A DNA stretch of 64,000 bases, from positions 16,450 through 80,449 of the forward strand of contig JBAZJG010000009.1 of the NCBI GenBank assembly GCA_041651455.1. Reading direction: 5' to 3'. Every line of letters starts with the position of its first letter. The stretch's first letter is position 1. Below the pieces are notes generated by a model. It was not told where the DNA came from. It saw only the letters and a list, made by a program, of their open reading frames with translations, and did not search any database. Origin of the DNA: Candidatus Omnitrophota bacterium (lineage in GTDB: Bacteria > Omnitrophota > Gorgyraeia > Pluralincolimonadales > Pluralincolimonadaceae). This document shows positions 18,348 through 29,476 of the stretch, piece by piece. Both the position numbers and the translations under genes were made by a program.

Positions 18348-21014
18348 ATGTCCGATAAAAGGCGCCTATTCCTTATTGACGGCAATTCGTTCTGTTACAG
18401 GGCTTTCTATGCCATACGCGCTCTCTCAAACTCGAAGGGGCAGCCGACGAACGCCATATACGGCTTCATTACGATGATAAACAAGATCATCAAGGACGAG
18501 AAGCCGGGTTATCTCGCGATGGCGTTCGACCTGAAGGGACCCACGTTCAGGCACAAGAAATTCGAGCAGTATAAAATACACCGCAAACCGATGCCGGATG
18601 AGCTCGTCGACCAGATGCCGATAATAAAGGATGTGGTCAGGGCGTACAATATCCCGGTCTTTGAATTGCAGGGCTATGAGGCGGATGATATACTCGCTAC
18701 GCTGACGAAGTCGGCAGTTGCCGCAGGTTACGAGGTCTATATAGTGACGGGCGACAAGGATATGCTTCAGCTCGTCGGACCCCATGTCAAAGTATACAAC
18801 GTCCATAAGGATGGGCTCATATACGACAGGGAGGCGGTAAAAGAGCGATACGGCGTGCCTCCTGAGGGCATTGTCGACCTTATAGCGTTGATGGGCGACG
18901 CCTCGGACAATATTCCAGGTGTTGCGGGCATAGGGGAAGTCACCGCGAAGAAGCTTATGGAGGAATTTGGAAGCCTCGACAATGTGATCGCGGGTGCCGA
19001 TAAGATTAAATCGGAAAGCCTTCGCAGAAAGATAACCGAGCATAAGGACCAGGCGTTGATGAGCAAGGACCTTGCGACCGTCGACACTGAAGTGCCTATA
19101 GATGTAGACCTCGAGAAATTGCGTCTTGCCGAACCGGACAGGGAGAAGCTCTACGGGATCTATTCGGAGCTTGAGTTCAAGAGCCTGCTGAAGGATTATT
19201 CGGCCCCGGGGAAACAGATATCCGGCAAATATGAGCTCGTGGAAGGCGATGCGGCGCTTAAACGGCTCATAAAGGAATTGTCGGGCCAGAAAGAGTTCGC
19301 GCTTGATTTTGAGACCACCGGGACAGACCCGATGTCCTGCGAACCGGTCGGAATATCGTTCTGCTGGGAAGAGGGAAGCGCTTATTACGTGCCGATAGGG
19401 GACGTAAAAGGCGGGTTCGACAAGGCAGGGCTCTTCGGAGCCCTTAAGCAAGTGCTTGAGGACAGGGATATAGCCAAGATCGGCCAGAACATAAAATACG
19501 AGAAGCTCCTGCTGGCGGTCAACGGCATAGATATAAAAGGCGCGGTCTTTGACACGATGGTCGCATCATACGTGCTTAATCCGTCAAAATCGAACCATAA
19601 CCTCGAAGACATAACGCTCGAATACCTCGACTTAAAGAAGACGCCGATAACGGAACTGATAGGCGAGGGCAAGAAGAAGATAACGATGAAGGAAGTCGAG
19701 GTGGGCAGGGCAAAGGATTACTGCTGCCAGGATTCTGACGCGACGTTCAGGCTCAAAAAAGTGCTCGACAGGCAGCTCGAGGAGAAGGACATGGGAAAGC
19801 TCTTCCACGAAGTCGAGATGCCGCTGATCGATTGCCTAACGGATATGGAGCTCAGCGGTGTCGCGATAGACACCGGATATCTCGGCACGATGTCAAAGGA
19901 GATGGAGAGGCAGCTCGAAAAGATCACCGCGGAAATATATGAGGCGGCGGGCGCCGAATTCAACATAAATTCACCGAAACAGCTGGCCGAGATACTGTTC
20001 GTAAAGTTGAAGCTTCCGGCCGTCAGGAAGACCAAGACCGGGCAGTCCACTGATGTGGACGTGCTCGAGACGCTTTCAGGGTCCCATAAGCTGCCGGCGC
20101 TGCTTCTGAAGTACCGCGAGATACAGAAATTGAAATCGACTTATGTCGACGCATTGCCGGAACTGGTCAACCCGGGGACGGGCCGCGTGCACACCTCGTT
20201 CAACCAGACGGTCACCGCTACGGGCAGGCTGAGCTCATCGGACCCGAACTTCCAGAATATCCCGGTAAAGACGGAGATGGGCAGGAAGATACGCAAGGCG
20301 TTCATAGCGGGCCGCAAGGGCTGGTCGATCCTGACGGCGGATTATTCGCAGATAGAACTCAGGATACTCGCGCATTTCTCGGCGGACCCGGAGCTTTTGA
20401 AGGCGTTCGAGAGCGGCCGCGATATCCATACGCATACGGCATCGTTGATATTCGACGTAAAGGAAGGCGACGTAACGCCCGAGATGCGTTCGATAGCGAA
20501 GACGGTGAATTTCGGCATCATCTACGGGATGAGCCCGTTCGGGCTCTCGAAGGAACTCAAGATAGAGATATCGAAGGCGAAGGATTTCATAGACGCGTAT
20601 TTCGAGAAGTACGGCAGGGTTAAGGCATTCCTCGGAGACCTGGTTGAGGCTGCGCGCGCAGACGGCTACGTTTCGACCATACTTAACCGCCGCAGGTACC
20701 TGCCCGAGATAAACAGCAGTAACAATTCGGTAAGGCAGTTCGCCGAGCGCGCGGCGATCAACGCGCCTATACAGGGATCGGCCGCGGATCTGATAAAGAT
20801 AGCGATGATAAATATATATAACGTGATGAACGAGAAGAAACTGAAGTCGAAGATGCTGCTGCAGGTGCACGACGAGCTCATATTCGAGGTGCCGCCCGAA
20901 GAAGTGAAGGAGATGCGCGAGATCGTAAGGGAAAGGATGGAGCAGGTGGTTAAGCTGAACGTCCCCGTTAAGGTGCAGGTCAAGGTAGGCGATAACTGGC
21001 TGGAGGCTGCCTGA
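18348..21014 (+). CDS. polA: DNA polymerase I
   Basis: 5'-3' exonuclease N-terminus (LFLIDGNSFCYRAFYA), 3'-5' exonuclease and polymerase motifs (RRxxKxxNFGxxYG, QVHDELIFE). Confidence 0.9.
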   Translation: MSDKRRLFLIDGNSFCYRAFYAIRALSNSKGQPTNAIYGFITMINKIIKDEKPGYLAMAFDLKGPTFRHKKFEQYKIHRKPMPDELVDQMPIIKDVVRAYNIPVFELQGYEADDILATLTKSAVAAGYEVYIVTGDKDMLQLVGPHVKVYNVHKDGLIYDREAVKERYGVPPEGIVDLIALMGDASDNIPGVAGIGEVTAKKLMEEFGSLDNVIAGADKIKSESLRRKITEHKDQALMSKDLATVDTEVPIDVDLEKLRLAEPDREKLYGIYSELEFKSLLKDYSAPGKQISGKYELVEGDAALKRLIKELSGQKEFALDFETTGTDPMSCEPVGISFCWEEGSAYYVPIGDVKGGFDKAGLFGALKQVLEDRDIAKIGQNIKYEKLLLAVNGIDIKGAVFDTMVASYVLNPSKSNHNLEDITLEYLDLKKTPITELIGEGKKKITMKEVEVGRAKDYCCQDSDATFRLKKVLDRQLEEKDMGKLFHEVEMPLIDCLTDMELSGVAIDTGYLGTMSKEMERQLEKITAEIYEAAGAEFNINSPKQLAEILFVKLKLPAVRKTKTGQSTDVDVLETLSGSHKLPALLLKYREIQKLKSTYVDALPELVNPGTGRVHTSFNQTVTATGRLSSSDPNFQNIPVKTEMGRKIRKAFIAGRKGWSILTADYSQIELRILAHFSADPELLKAFESGRDIHTHTASLIFDVKEGDVTPEMRSIAKTVNFGIIYGMSPFGLSKELKIEISKAKDFIDAYFEKYGRVKAFLGDLVEAARADGYVSTILNRRRYLPEINSSNNSVRQFAERAAINAPIQGSAADLIKIAMINIYNVMNEKKLKSKMLLQVHDELIFEVPPEEVKEMREIVRERMEQVVKLNVPVKVQVKVGDNWLEAA

Positions 21015-21015
21015 T

Positions 21016-22368
21016 ATGGCGAGCAGGAAGAAGCTCAAGGTGCTTTTCGCGTCAAGCGAGGTGGAACCGTTCTCGAAGACGGGCGGGCTGGCGGATGTGG
21101 CCGGCAGCCTTCCGGTGGCGCTGCAGAAGGCGGGCGCGGATGTCAGGGTCATCACCCCGAAATATAAATGCGTCAAGGTCAAGGGCGCGAAGGCCCTACT
21201 TGCCGGAAAAGTGCCCGTGCATTTCGTGGAGAACGACGGGTATTTTATGAGGGACAACCTTTATGCCGAGAAGTCCGGTGATTACGGCGATAACCTCGAC
21301 AGGTTCGTATTCTTCTCGAGGCGTGTCCTCGAGATGGCGAAGGAGCTGAAATTCAAGCCCGATGTCATCCACTGCAACGACTGGCAGACAGCCCTCGTGC
21401 CGGTATACCTGAAAGAGAAACTGATGGGCAGGGACAAGTTCTACAAGGGAATAAGGACGGTCCTGACCGTGCACAATATGGGTTATCAGGGCATATTCCC
21501 GAAGGAGCAGTTCGAAAAAACCGGGCTCGGATGGGAATACTTCACGATGCACAGGCTCGAGTTCTACGATATGGTGAACATATTGAAGGGCGGACTCGTA
21601 TTTACGGACCTTATAACGACAGTATCTCCTACATATGCCCGGGAGATACAGCAGGCGGAGTTCGGCTACGGGCTTGACCCGCTGCTGAGGGAGCGCAGGG
21701 ACTCGCTGTCCGGGATACTCAACGGCATAGATTACGGTGAATGGGTACCGGGTCCGGCGGGAAAGCGCAGGGACAAGGTTCTGCTGCAGAAGGAGAGCGG
21801 CCTCGAACAGAATGCCGATTTGCCGCTTATAGGCGTGATATCGAGGCTCGCGGACCAAAAAGGCCTCGACCTTATTGCGCAAATGATCAACCAGATGCTG
21901 GATCTCGATGTGCAGTTCATACTGCTCGGGACGGGAGAGGAGAAATACCACCGTCTCTTTGAGGATATTAGCAGGAGGATACCTCACAAAGCGTCTATCA
22001 ACCTGAAATTCGATGAAGCGCTCGCGAGGAAGATATACGCGGGATGCGACATGTTCCTTATGCCGTCGAGGTACGAACCCTGCGGCCTCGGGCAGATCAT
22101 ATCGCTCAGATACGGAACGATACCGGTGGTCCGGAATACGGGAGGCCTCGCCGACACAATAAGAGAATTTAACGCGCAGACGGGCGCGGGCAACGGTTTC
22201 CTTTTCGAGAGGTATGACGCATGGGAGCTTTTCGACGCGGTAAAACGCGCCATAAGCGTATATAAGCAAAAGAAGCTTTGGTCAAAACTGGTCTCGAACG
22301 CCAAGAGATGCGATTTTTCGTGGGATAAGTCGGCAAAGGAATACCTGGAATTATACGGGAAGAAGTAG
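21016..22368 (+). CDS. glgA: Glycogen synthase
   Basis: LKVLFASSEVEPFSKTGGLADVAGSLP is the GlgA N-terminal signature. 450 aa. Confidence 0.85.
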   Translation: MASRKKLKVLFASSEVEPFSKTGGLADVAGSLPVALQKAGADVRVITPKYKCVKVKGAKALLAGKVPVHFVENDGYFMRDNLYAEKSGDYGDNLDRFVFFSRRVLEMAKELKFKPDVIHCNDWQTALVPVYLKEKLMGRDKFYKGIRTVLTVHNMGYQGIFPKEQFEKTGLGWEYFTMHRLEFYDMVNILKGGLVFTDLITTVSPTYAREIQQAEFGYGLDPLLRERRDSLSGILNGIDYGEWVPGPAGKRRDKVLLQKESGLEQNADLPLIGVISRLADQKGLDLIAQMINQMLDLDVQFILLGTGEEKYHRLFEDISRRIPHKASINLKFDEALARKIYAGCDMFLMPSRYEPCGLGQIISLRYGTIPVVRNTGGLADTIREFNAQTGAGNGFLFERYDAWELFDAVKRAISVYKQKKLWSKLVSNAKRCDFSWDKSAKEYLELYGKK

Positions 22369-22373
22369 ATAGG

Positions 22374-22973
22374 ATGCTCATAATCGGAGTCACGGGCAGT
22401 ATAGGGACAGGCAAGACCACGGTTGCAAAAATGCTGCGCCGGCTCGGCGCGACCGTTGTGGACGCCGACGATACCGCGCACCGGGCGATGGAGCCCGGGA
22501 ATCCCGCGTGGAAGAAGATAGTAGCCCGTTTCGGCAGGAAAGTATTGCGCCATGACGGGTATATAGACAGGCAGGCCCTCGGGGCGGAGGTCTTTTCGGA
22601 CAAGGAGAAGCTCAGGAAACTGTGCGCGATACTGCATCCGGAGGTCTACAAGAGGATGCGCGCGGTAGTCGGCAGGACGAGGAGAGCCGATAGTTCGGCC
22701 GTGGTAGTCCTCGACGTGCCGCTCCTTCTCGAGACCGGCGGGCAGAAGTACATAGACAAGCTTATAGTTGTTTCGGCGCCGAGGGAGGTGCAGATCGGAA
22801 GGGCCTGCAGGAAGTTCGGCCTCAAGCGCGCCCAGATAGTCAAGAGGATAAGGATGCAGATGCCCCTGAGCCGTAAGGTAAAGGCGGCGGATTTTGTGGT
22901 CGATAACGGAGGAAGTATTGTATCGACGGAGAAACAGGTAAGGGCCATATGGAAGAAGCTGGCGGGGGCGTAA
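22374..22973 (+). CDS. coaE: Dephospho-CoA kinase
   Basis: IIGVTGSIGTGKTTVAKMLRRLGATVVDAD (P-loop, CoaE pattern). Confidence 0.85.
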   Translation: MLIIGVTGSIGTGKTTVAKMLRRLGATVVDADDTAHRAMEPGNPAWKKIVARFGRKVLRHDGYIDRQALGAEVFSDKEKLRKLCAILHPEVYKRMRAVVGRTRRADSSAVVVLDVPLLLETGGQKYIDKLIVVSAPREVQIGRACRKFGLKRAQIVKRIRMQMPLSRKVKAADFVVDNGGSIVSTEKQVRAIWKKLAGA

Positions 22974-23467
22974 ACTGCCCCCACAAGATCGAGGATATCC
23001 TCGGGATACTTGACGGGGAGATATCCGGCTCCAAGGATAAAAGGCTGCTTCCGTCCGTCGTGCTGCTTCTGATTGACATAGATAACCTTGAAAGGGTGAA
23101 CCGCTGGTACGGCAGGAACGCCGGCGATGATGTACTTGCGGCGGTATCGCGGACGATAGGGGACAGCATAACGGGCCGCGACCTGCTGGCGAGATTCGGC
23201 GGGGACGAGTTCCTTGTGTTGTTGCGCGGCGTCACGCTGAAGGAAGCGAAGCAGCACAGCGCCCGGATACTGGAGGCGCTAAGGTCGCTCGATTTCGCCT
23301 CCGCAAAGCTGAAGGTCTCGGCATCCATCGGGATAGCGCACTATTTTTCGTTCGCTTTCTCGGGGGAAGAGCTGCTGGGATGCGCGGTGGAGGCATTAGC
23401 ATTGGCTCAAAAAGAGGGAGGAACTTTTAAAGTGTTCATGGAAGAGGAGGAATGGAATGAAAAGTAG
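22949..23467 (+). CDS. Stand-alone GGDEF-domain protein (putative diguanylate cyclase with no sensor domain)
   Basis: [17 protein letters not shown]...[11 protein letters not shown] carries an intact GGDEF motif. The I-site RxxD is not conserved. Overlaps the coaE 3' end. Confidence 0.55.
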   Translation: MEEAGGGVNCPHKIEDILGILDGEISGSKDKRLLPSVVLLLIDIDNLERVNRWYGRNAGDDVLAAVSRTIGDSITGRDLLARFGGDEFLVLLRGVTLKEAKQHSARILEALRSLDFASAKLKVSASIGIAHYFSFAFSGEELLGCAVEALALAQKEGGTFKVFMEEEEWNEK

Positions 23468-24797
23468 CAGCGAAGAGACGAACGGAAAACAGCCGGGCAA
23501 AGAGGCGAAAGAGGGTGCCGAGGCCAAGGAGTCGTCCGGGCCGGTGTTCAATATCGCCAAACTGAAGAAGATGACGATACAGGAGCTCACTAAGGCCGCG
23601 AAGGACCTGAACATAAACTCCATAAGCGGGCTGAAGAAACAGGACCTCATATTCAAGATACTTCAGGCGCAGGCCGAGAAGGAAGGGTTCATGTTCGGCG
23701 AGGGAGTGCTCGAGATACTGCCGGACGGGTTCGGGTTCCTGCGTTCGTCAAACTACAATTACCTGCCGTCGCCCGACGACATTTACGTGTCGCCGAGCCA
23801 GATACGCAGGTTCGACCTGAGGACCGGCGATACCGTCAGCGGCCAGATACGTCCGCCGAAGGAAGGCGAGCGCTATTTCGCGCTGCTGAAGGTAGAGGTC
23901 GTTAACATGGAACATCCGGAATCGATGAAGGAGAGGACATTGTTTGATAATTTGACGCCGCTTTACGCGAACGAAAGGTATGTGCTCGAGACCGAGCCCG
24001 GCGAGATATCCATGAGGATAATGGATATGCTTACGCCCATCGGAAAAGGGCAGAGGGGCCTTATCGTCGCGCAGCCTTACAGCGGCAAGACGATACTGCT
24101 GCAGAAGATATCGAACTCGATAATGAAGAATTATCCGGACGTGGTCCTGATAGTCCTACTTATCGACGAGCGCCCCGAGGAAGTCACCGATATGCAGCGC
24201 TCGGTAAAGGGCGAGGTGGTAAGTTCCACGTTCGATGAGCCCGCCGAGAGGCACATACAGGTAGCCGAGATAGTCCTCGAAAAGGCGAAGAGGCTCGTAG
24301 AGAACAAGAAGGACGTGGTCGTCCTGCTTGACTCGATAACGCGCCTAGCGCGCGCTTACAACACGGTCGCCCCGCACAGCGGGAAGATACTTTCCGGCGG
24401 CGTCGACTCGAGCGCGCTGCACAAGCCGAAGAGGTTCTTCGGCGCGGCAAGGGCGGTCGAGGAAGGCGGTTCGCTGACGATAATAGCGACGGCCCTCGTG
24501 GATACGGGAAGCCGCATGGACGAGGTCATCTTCGAGGAGTTCAAGGGCACCGGCAACATGGAACTCCAGCTCGACAGGAACATGTTCCAGAAGAGGATTT
24601 ATCCCGCCATCGACATCAAGAGGTCGAATACGAGGAAGGAAGACCTGCTGTTGAAGGAGGATGAGCTGAAGCGAATCTGGATACTCAGGAAAGTGCTCAA
24701 TGAGATGAATTCGGACGAGGCGATGGAACTGCTTGTCGACAGGCTAAGCAAGACCAAGACGAACGCCGAATTCCTGATGAACATGCAGCAGAAATAA
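23457..24797 (+). CDS. rho: Transcription termination factor Rho
   Basis: Rho N-terminal domain ([16 protein letters not shown]...[12 protein letters not shown]), then RecA-like ATPase motifs. Confidence 0.9.
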   Translation: MKSSSEETNGKQPGKEAKEGAEAKESSGPVFNIAKLKKMTIQELTKAAKDLNINSISGLKKQDLIFKILQAQAEKEGFMFGEGVLEILPDGFGFLRSSNYNYLPSPDDIYVSPSQIRRFDLRTGDTVSGQIRPPKEGERYFALLKVEVVNMEHPESMKERTLFDNLTPLYANERYVLETEPGEISMRIMDMLTPIGKGQRGLIVAQPYSGKTILLQKISNSIMKNYPDVVLIVLLIDERPEEVTDMQRSVKGEVVSSTFDEPAERHIQVAEIVLEKAKRLVENKKDVVVLLDSITRLARAYNTVAPHSGKILSGGVDSSALHKPKRFFGAARAVEEGGSLTIIATALVDTGSRMDEVIFEEFKGTGNMELQLDRNMFQKRIYPAIDIKRSNTRKEDLLLKEDELKRIWILRKVLNEMNSDEAMELLVDRLSKTKTNAEFLMNMQQK

Positions 24798-24826
24798 TAC
24801 ACTCAAAAACAAAAAAGGAGAGCAAG

Positions 24827-25027
24827 ATGAAGGAAAAGATCCATCCGAAATACGAACCGACGACGATAACCTGCGCATGCGGCGAAGTGATACATACGCG
24901 TTCGGTCAAGCCGAACATCAAGGTAGAGATCTGCTCGAAGTGCCACCCTTTCTTTACCGGCACGACGAAGATCATGGACACCGCCGGCAGGGTCGAGAAG
25001 TTCAAGAAAAAATACGGGAAGAAGTAA
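24827..25027 (+). CDS. rpmE: 50S ribosomal protein L31
   Basis: MKEKIHPKY...CxC...[10 protein letters not shown], 66 aa. Confidence 0.9.
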   Translation: MKEKIHPKYEPTTITCACGEVIHTRSVKPNIKVEICSKCHPFFTGTTKIMDTAGRVEKFKKKYGKK

Positions 25028-25036
25028 CGGCGTCCT

Positions 25037-26113
25037 ATGCTGATGTTCGAGGCGCTCGAGACTAGGCTGAGGCGTTATGAGGAGCTTGAGAGGCTTATCA
25101 CCGATCCGAAGGTGATATCCGATTCCTCCTCATACCAGAAATTCACGAAGGAGCTCGCATCGCTGCGAGGCATCGTCTCGAAGTACAAGGAATACAGGAA
25201 GGCGGGTTCCGAGATCGAGGAGCTTGAAGGCGTCCTTGCGAAAAAATCGCACGACGCCGATTTCGCGGAGCTCGCGAAGGAAGAGCTGCTGGGCCTCAGG
25301 AAGAAGATGCCGGTCCTTGAGAAGGAGATAGAGGAATTGCTCCTCGAGGACGATCCCGACGCCGACAAGAACATCATCGTCGAGATACGCGCCGGCACGG
25401 GAGGCCAGGAGGCCTCGTTGTTCGCTTCCGACCTGTTCAGGATGTATTCGAAATACGCGGCGGGACAGGGCTGGTCCGTCGAGATGCTCGGATCAAGCAT
25501 ATCGGAAGCCGGCGGTTTCAAGGAAGTCGTTTTCGGCATAAACGGCAACGGCGTCTACCGGAAGATGAAATTCGAGTCGGGTGTCCACAGGGTGCAGAGG
25601 GTCCCGGCCACGGAAGCGTCCGGCAGGATACATACGTCGACGGTATCGGTCGCGGTGCTCCCGGAGGCGGAGGATGTCGACATCAAGATCGACACGAAGG
25701 ACCTCAGGGTCGACGTATTCAGGTCGTCGGGCGCCGGAGGCCAGTCGGTCAACACGGCAGATTCGGCGGTCAGGATAACGCATGTCCCTACCGGCATCGT
25801 CGTGCAGTGCCAGGATGAGCGCTCGCAGCTGAAGAACAAGAACAAGGCGATGAAGGTGCTTCGCGCGCGCCTTCTCGACAAGGCCGTGAGCGAACAGCAC
25901 GATAAGATAGCGAGGGAACGCAAGACGCAGATAGGCACAGGGGAACGCAGCGAAAAGATACGGACTTATAATTATCCGGACAGGCGCGTTACCGACCACA
26001 GGATAGGGCTTACGGTGCATAACCTCGAGAACGTGCTCGAAGGCGACCTCGAGGAGATAATAATGGAGTTACTTAAGCAGGAAAAAGACCTTAAGCTTAA
26101 AGAGGCGAAATAA
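25037..26113 (+). CDS. prfA: Peptide chain release factor 1
   Basis: GGQ motif (SGAGGQSVN) and RF1-type domain order. Directly followed by prmC. Confidence 0.9.
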   Translation: MLMFEALETRLRRYEELERLITDPKVISDSSSYQKFTKELASLRGIVSKYKEYRKAGSEIEELEGVLAKKSHDADFAELAKEELLGLRKKMPVLEKEIEELLLEDDPDADKNIIVEIRAGTGGQEASLFASDLFRMYSKYAAGQGWSVEMLGSSISEAGGFKEVVFGINGNGVYRKMKFESGVHRVQRVPATEASGRIHTSTVSVAVLPEAEDVDIKIDTKDLRVDVFRSSGAGGQSVNTADSAVRITHVPTGIVVQCQDERSQLKNKNKAMKVLRARLLDKAVSEQHDKIARERKTQIGTGERSEKIRTYNYPDRRVTDHRIGLTVHNLENVLEGDLEEIIMELLKQEKDLKLKEAK

Positions 26114-26115
26114 AT

Positions 26116-26901
26116 ATGGATTCACTTGAACAGCTTGCGTGCTGGGCGTTTAATTGCGACCGCGCGCAATTATATACAGGCGATTATGAGGCAGACGACG
26201 AGAAGATAGAGGCCTTCCATGAGGCGCTCGATTCCTACGCGCGAGGCATCCCGGTCCAGTACATAACAGGGCTCGCAGAGTTCATGGGGTTCGAGTTCGA
26301 CGTTAACAGCTCGGTGCTGATACCGAGGCCGGAGACGGAGATTCTTGTCGAAAGGATTCTTACGCTTATCGAGCGGGAAGGGATCGAGAAACCGCGGATC
26401 CTGGACCTCGGCACCGGTTCGGGAGCAATAGCGGTCAGTTTGACAAAATTGAGCCCGTCCTGTAAAATAATGGCTTCCGATGTCTCCGAAGAAGCCCTGG
26501 AAGTGGCGCGCGGGAATTCCGCGGCCAACGGCATCGTCGAGGGGATAGAATTCGTGAATTCGGACCTTTTTAAGGGGATCCCGGCAAAGGGCAGGTTCGA
26601 TATCATAATATCCAATCCGCCGTATATACCGAGCGAGGATTACGATTCGCTGCCCCTGGAAGTCAAGAGCGAGCCTCGGTTGGCCCTGGACGGCGGGCCA
26701 AAGGGCCTGGATTTTTACGCAAGGATCGTACCGGAAGCCGCGGGCAGGCTCAGGCGCGGTGGTTTTCTCGCGCTCGAGATAGGTTTCGGGCAGTCCGGGG
26801 CGGTAAGGGGGATCATAGCGGGATGCGGTTCGTATTCGCATGTCGAGGTCATAAAAGATTATAACGATATAGACAGGATCGTGATAGCAAAGAGGCGCTG
26901 A
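26116..26901 (+). CDS. prmC: Release factor glutamine N5-methyltransferase
   Basis: LDLGTGSGAIAV (SAM binding) and NPPY (IISNPPYIP). Confidence 0.85.
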   Translation: MDSLEQLACWAFNCDRAQLYTGDYEADDEKIEAFHEALDSYARGIPVQYITGLAEFMGFEFDVNSSVLIPRPETEILVERILTLIEREGIEKPRILDLGTGSGAIAVSLTKLSPSCKIMASDVSEEALEVARGNSAANGIVEGIEFVNSDLFKGIPAKGRFDIIISNPPYIPSEDYDSLPLEVKSEPRLALDGGPKGLDFYARIVPEAAGRLRRGGFLALEIGFGQSGAVRGIIAGCGSYSHVEVIKDYNDIDRIVIAKRR

Positions 26902-26908
26902 ACCCCGC

Positions 26909-28174
26909 ATGGATAAGATAGTCATAGAAGGGCCTACGAAATTAAATGGCACGGTCGAGGTAAGCGGCGCGAAGAATTCCGCGCTGCCGATAATGGCCGC
27001 CACGCTGTTGACGGACGAGAAGTGCGTGATAAAGAGGGTACCTCCGCTCCGGGACGTCAATACGATGGTGAAGATATTGCGCAACCTCGGCGTCAAGGTG
27101 CAGTTCGAGGGCGGACGGGCCGTAATAGAGCCAAGGGGATACAAGAACCATATAGCGCCGTATAAATATGTTAAGGAGATGCGCGCGTCGTTCTGTGTGC
27201 TCGGGCCTATACTAGCGAAGCACAGGATAGCGCAGGTCTCGTACCCGGGCGGTTGCGCGATAGGCAACAGGCCCGTCGACCTGCACCTTAAAGGCATAAA
27301 GGCGCTAGGCGCCGAGATCAGGATAGAGCACGGGTATGTCATAGCGCAGGCGAAGCAGCTGAAGGGCGCGCATATATTCCTCGGAGGCGCGTTCGGCTCA
27401 TCGGTGCTTGCGACGGACAATGTAATGATGGCGGCCACGCTCGCGAAGGGCAAAACGGTCATCGAGAATGCCGCCTGCGAACCGGAGGTCGTCGACCTGG
27501 CGGATTTTCTGGTAAAAATGGGCGCGAAGATAAAGGGCGCGGGCACGCCTTTGCTGGAGATAGAAGGCGTAAGGCGGCTCGGCGGCGCGGAGTACGAAGT
27601 GATACCCGACAGGATAGAAGCCGGGACGTTCATGATAGCGGCTGCGATAACGAAGGGCGACCTGCTGATAAAGGGCGCGAGGTACGACCATCTCGGCGCG
27701 CTCGTGGACAAACTGCTCGACGCCGGCGTGACGATAACGAGGCACGGGAAGGATATCAGGGTGCGCGTCATGAGGCACCTGAAGCCCGTAGACATAACGA
27801 CGCTTCCGTACCCGGGTTTCCCGACGGACCTCCAGGCGCAGATGATGGCGCTCGTGTCCGTGATAAACGGCATAAGCGTGATCACGGAGAAGATATATCC
27901 CGACAGGTATATGCATGTCAGCGAACTTGCGAGGATGGGTGCACAGATAAAATTGGAGGGCGATTCCGCGATAGTCAAGGGCATAAAACAGCTCAGCGGA
28001 GCTCCGGTTATGGCGTCGGACCTGCGCGCATCGGCAGCTTTGGTGCTTGCCGGCATGGCCGCGAAGGGGAGGACCGACGTATCAAGGGTCTACCATTTGG
28101 ACAGGGGTTATGATAGGATAGAGCTCAAACTGTCTGACGTGGGAGCCAATATCAGAAGAGAAAAGGAGGAGTAG
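26909..28174 (+). CDS. murA: UDP-N-acetylglucosamine 1-carboxyvinyltransferase
   Basis: MDKIVIEGPTKLNGTVEVSGAKNSALPIMAA, 421 aa. Confidence 0.9.
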   Translation: MDKIVIEGPTKLNGTVEVSGAKNSALPIMAATLLTDEKCVIKRVPPLRDVNTMVKILRNLGVKVQFEGGRAVIEPRGYKNHIAPYKYVKEMRASFCVLGPILAKHRIAQVSYPGGCAIGNRPVDLHLKGIKALGAEIRIEHGYVIAQAKQLKGAHIFLGGAFGSSVLATDNVMMAATLAKGKTVIENAACEPEVVDLADFLVKMGAKIKGAGTPLLEIEGVRRLGGAEYEVIPDRIEAGTFMIAAAITKGDLLIKGARYDHLGALVDKLLDAGVTITRHGKDIRVRVMRHLKPVDITTLPYPGFPTDLQAQMMALVSVINGISVITEKIYPDRYMHVSELARMGAQIKLEGDSAIVKGIKQLSGAPVMASDLRASAALVLAGMAAKGRTDVSRVYHLDRGYDRIELKLSDVGANIRREKEE

Positions 28175-28177
28175 TTA

Positions 28178-28420
28178 ATGGCAGCGGTAATAAGGTTGAA
28201 GAGGTTAGGGACGAAGAAGTCGCCCAACCAGAGGATCATAGTCATCGATTCTCACAGGGGCCGCGATATGAAGGCGATAGAGGAACTCGGGTTCTATGAT
28301 CCGACCAAGAGGCCGGCATACGGCAACCTCAAGAAGGAGAGGATATTGCACTGGATGAAAGTCGGTGCAAAACCTTCTACGGCCGTATCGCATATACTGA
28401 AGAAATCCGGCATTATCTGA
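28178..28420 (+). CDS. rpsP: 30S ribosomal protein S16
   Basis: MAAVIRLKRLGTKKSPNQRIIV. Confidence 0.9.
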   Translation: MAAVIRLKRLGTKKSPNQRIIVIDSHRGRDMKAIEELGFYDPTKRPAYGNLKKERILHWMKVGAKPSTAVSHILKKSGII

Positions 28421-28421
28421 T

Positions 28422-29141
28422 ATGCGGATAGATATCCTGACCCTCTTTCCCGGCATGTTCGAGGGCGCGCTCGAGGAATCGATAATAAAGCGCGCGAGGA
28501 AAGGCGGGAAAGCGGATATCCGCGTGCATAACCTGCGCGACTGGACCGACGACAAGCACCGCAAGGTCGACGACAAGCCGTTCGGCGGCGGGCCCGGCAT
28601 GGTCATAAAGCCGCAGCCGCTCTTCGACGCCGTGCAGGACTTGCGAAGCAGGGCCGCGCGTGTGGTATTGATGACGCCGCAGGGCAGGAAGCTCGACCAG
28701 GCGGCCGCCAGGAAACTGTCGAAAGCGCGGCATATCATAATCGTCTGCGGGCATTACGAGGGGATAGACGAGAGGTTCAGGAGCAGATGCGTCACCGACG
28801 AGATATCGCTCGGGGATTTCGTGCTTACGGGCGGAGAGATACCCGCGATGGCGCTGGTCGATTGCGTAGTGCGGCTCCTGCCCGGGGTCGTAGGGGACAA
28901 GGAATCGCTGGAGTTCGAATCGTTCTCGGCGGGCCTTCTTGAATACCCGCATTATACTAGGCCGGCGGATTTCAGGGGCCTCAAGGTCCCGAAGGTCCTG
29001 CTGTCGGGGGACCATAAAAAGATAGATGCATGGCGAAGAGAGATGGCGTTGAAAAGGACGAAAAAGATGCGCCCTGATATGCTGGACTCCGCAATTGGGG
29101 CAAAATCCCGCAGAAGCGGGATACATAAGGAGAAGAGATGA
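28422..29141 (+). CDS. trmD: tRNA (guanine37-N1)-methyltransferase
   Basis: [15 protein letters not shown]. Sits in the rpsP-trmD-rplS context. Confidence 0.9.
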   Translation: MRIDILTLFPGMFEGALEESIIKRARKGGKADIRVHNLRDWTDDKHRKVDDKPFGGGPGMVIKPQPLFDAVQDLRSRAARVVLMTPQGRKLDQAAARKLSKARHIIIVCGHYEGIDERFRSRCVTDEISLGDFVLTGGEIPAMALVDCVVRLLPGVVGDKESLEFESFSAGLLEYPHYTRPADFRGLKVPKVLLSGDHKKIDAWRREMALKRTKKMRPDMLDSAIGAKSRRSGIHKEKR

Positions 29142-29476
29142 TGGGTAAGGTAGCGGTCATAGAAAAAGGTTACGAGAAAAAAGAAGTCCCCGTTTTCAGG
29201 GTGGGCGATACCGTCAAGGTCGCTGTTAAGATCAGGGAAGAGGACAAGTTCCGTATCCAGATGTTCGAGGGCGTCGTGATAAAGAAAAGGGGCGCCGGCG
29301 TATCGTCATCGTTCACGGTCCGCCGCGTATCATACGGCGAGGGCATCGAGAGGACGTTCCCGCTCCATTCGCCTTCGATAGACAAGGTAACGGTGGTCAA
29401 GTCCTCGAAGCCGAAAAGGGCGAAGCTCTATTACATGCGTAAGAACGTCGGCAAGAAGGCTGATGTTGTATCATGA
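29138..29476 (+). CDS. rplS: 50S ribosomal protein L19
   Basis: [29 protein letters not shown]. Confidence 0.9.
   Translation: MMGKVAVIEKGYEKKEVPVFRVGDTVKVAVKIREEDKFRIQMFEGVVIKKRGAGVSSSFTVRRVSYGEGIERTFPLHSPSIDKVTVVKSSKPKRAKLYYMRKNVGKKADVVS

Noticed and set aside
26170-28056. 628-aa minus-strand ORF, and similar long minus ORFs at 32657-34609, 55431-56927, 18426-19451, 20235-21257, 21196-22269 and 35369-36364
   Set aside because: These are antisense shadows of well-supported + strand genes (prmC / murA, the secreted protein, cdaA / pdxJ, polA, glgA, fhs). Their translations are Arg / Pro / Ala-rich and low-complexity, as expected for the antisense of GC-rich coding DNA, and none has a recognisable motif.
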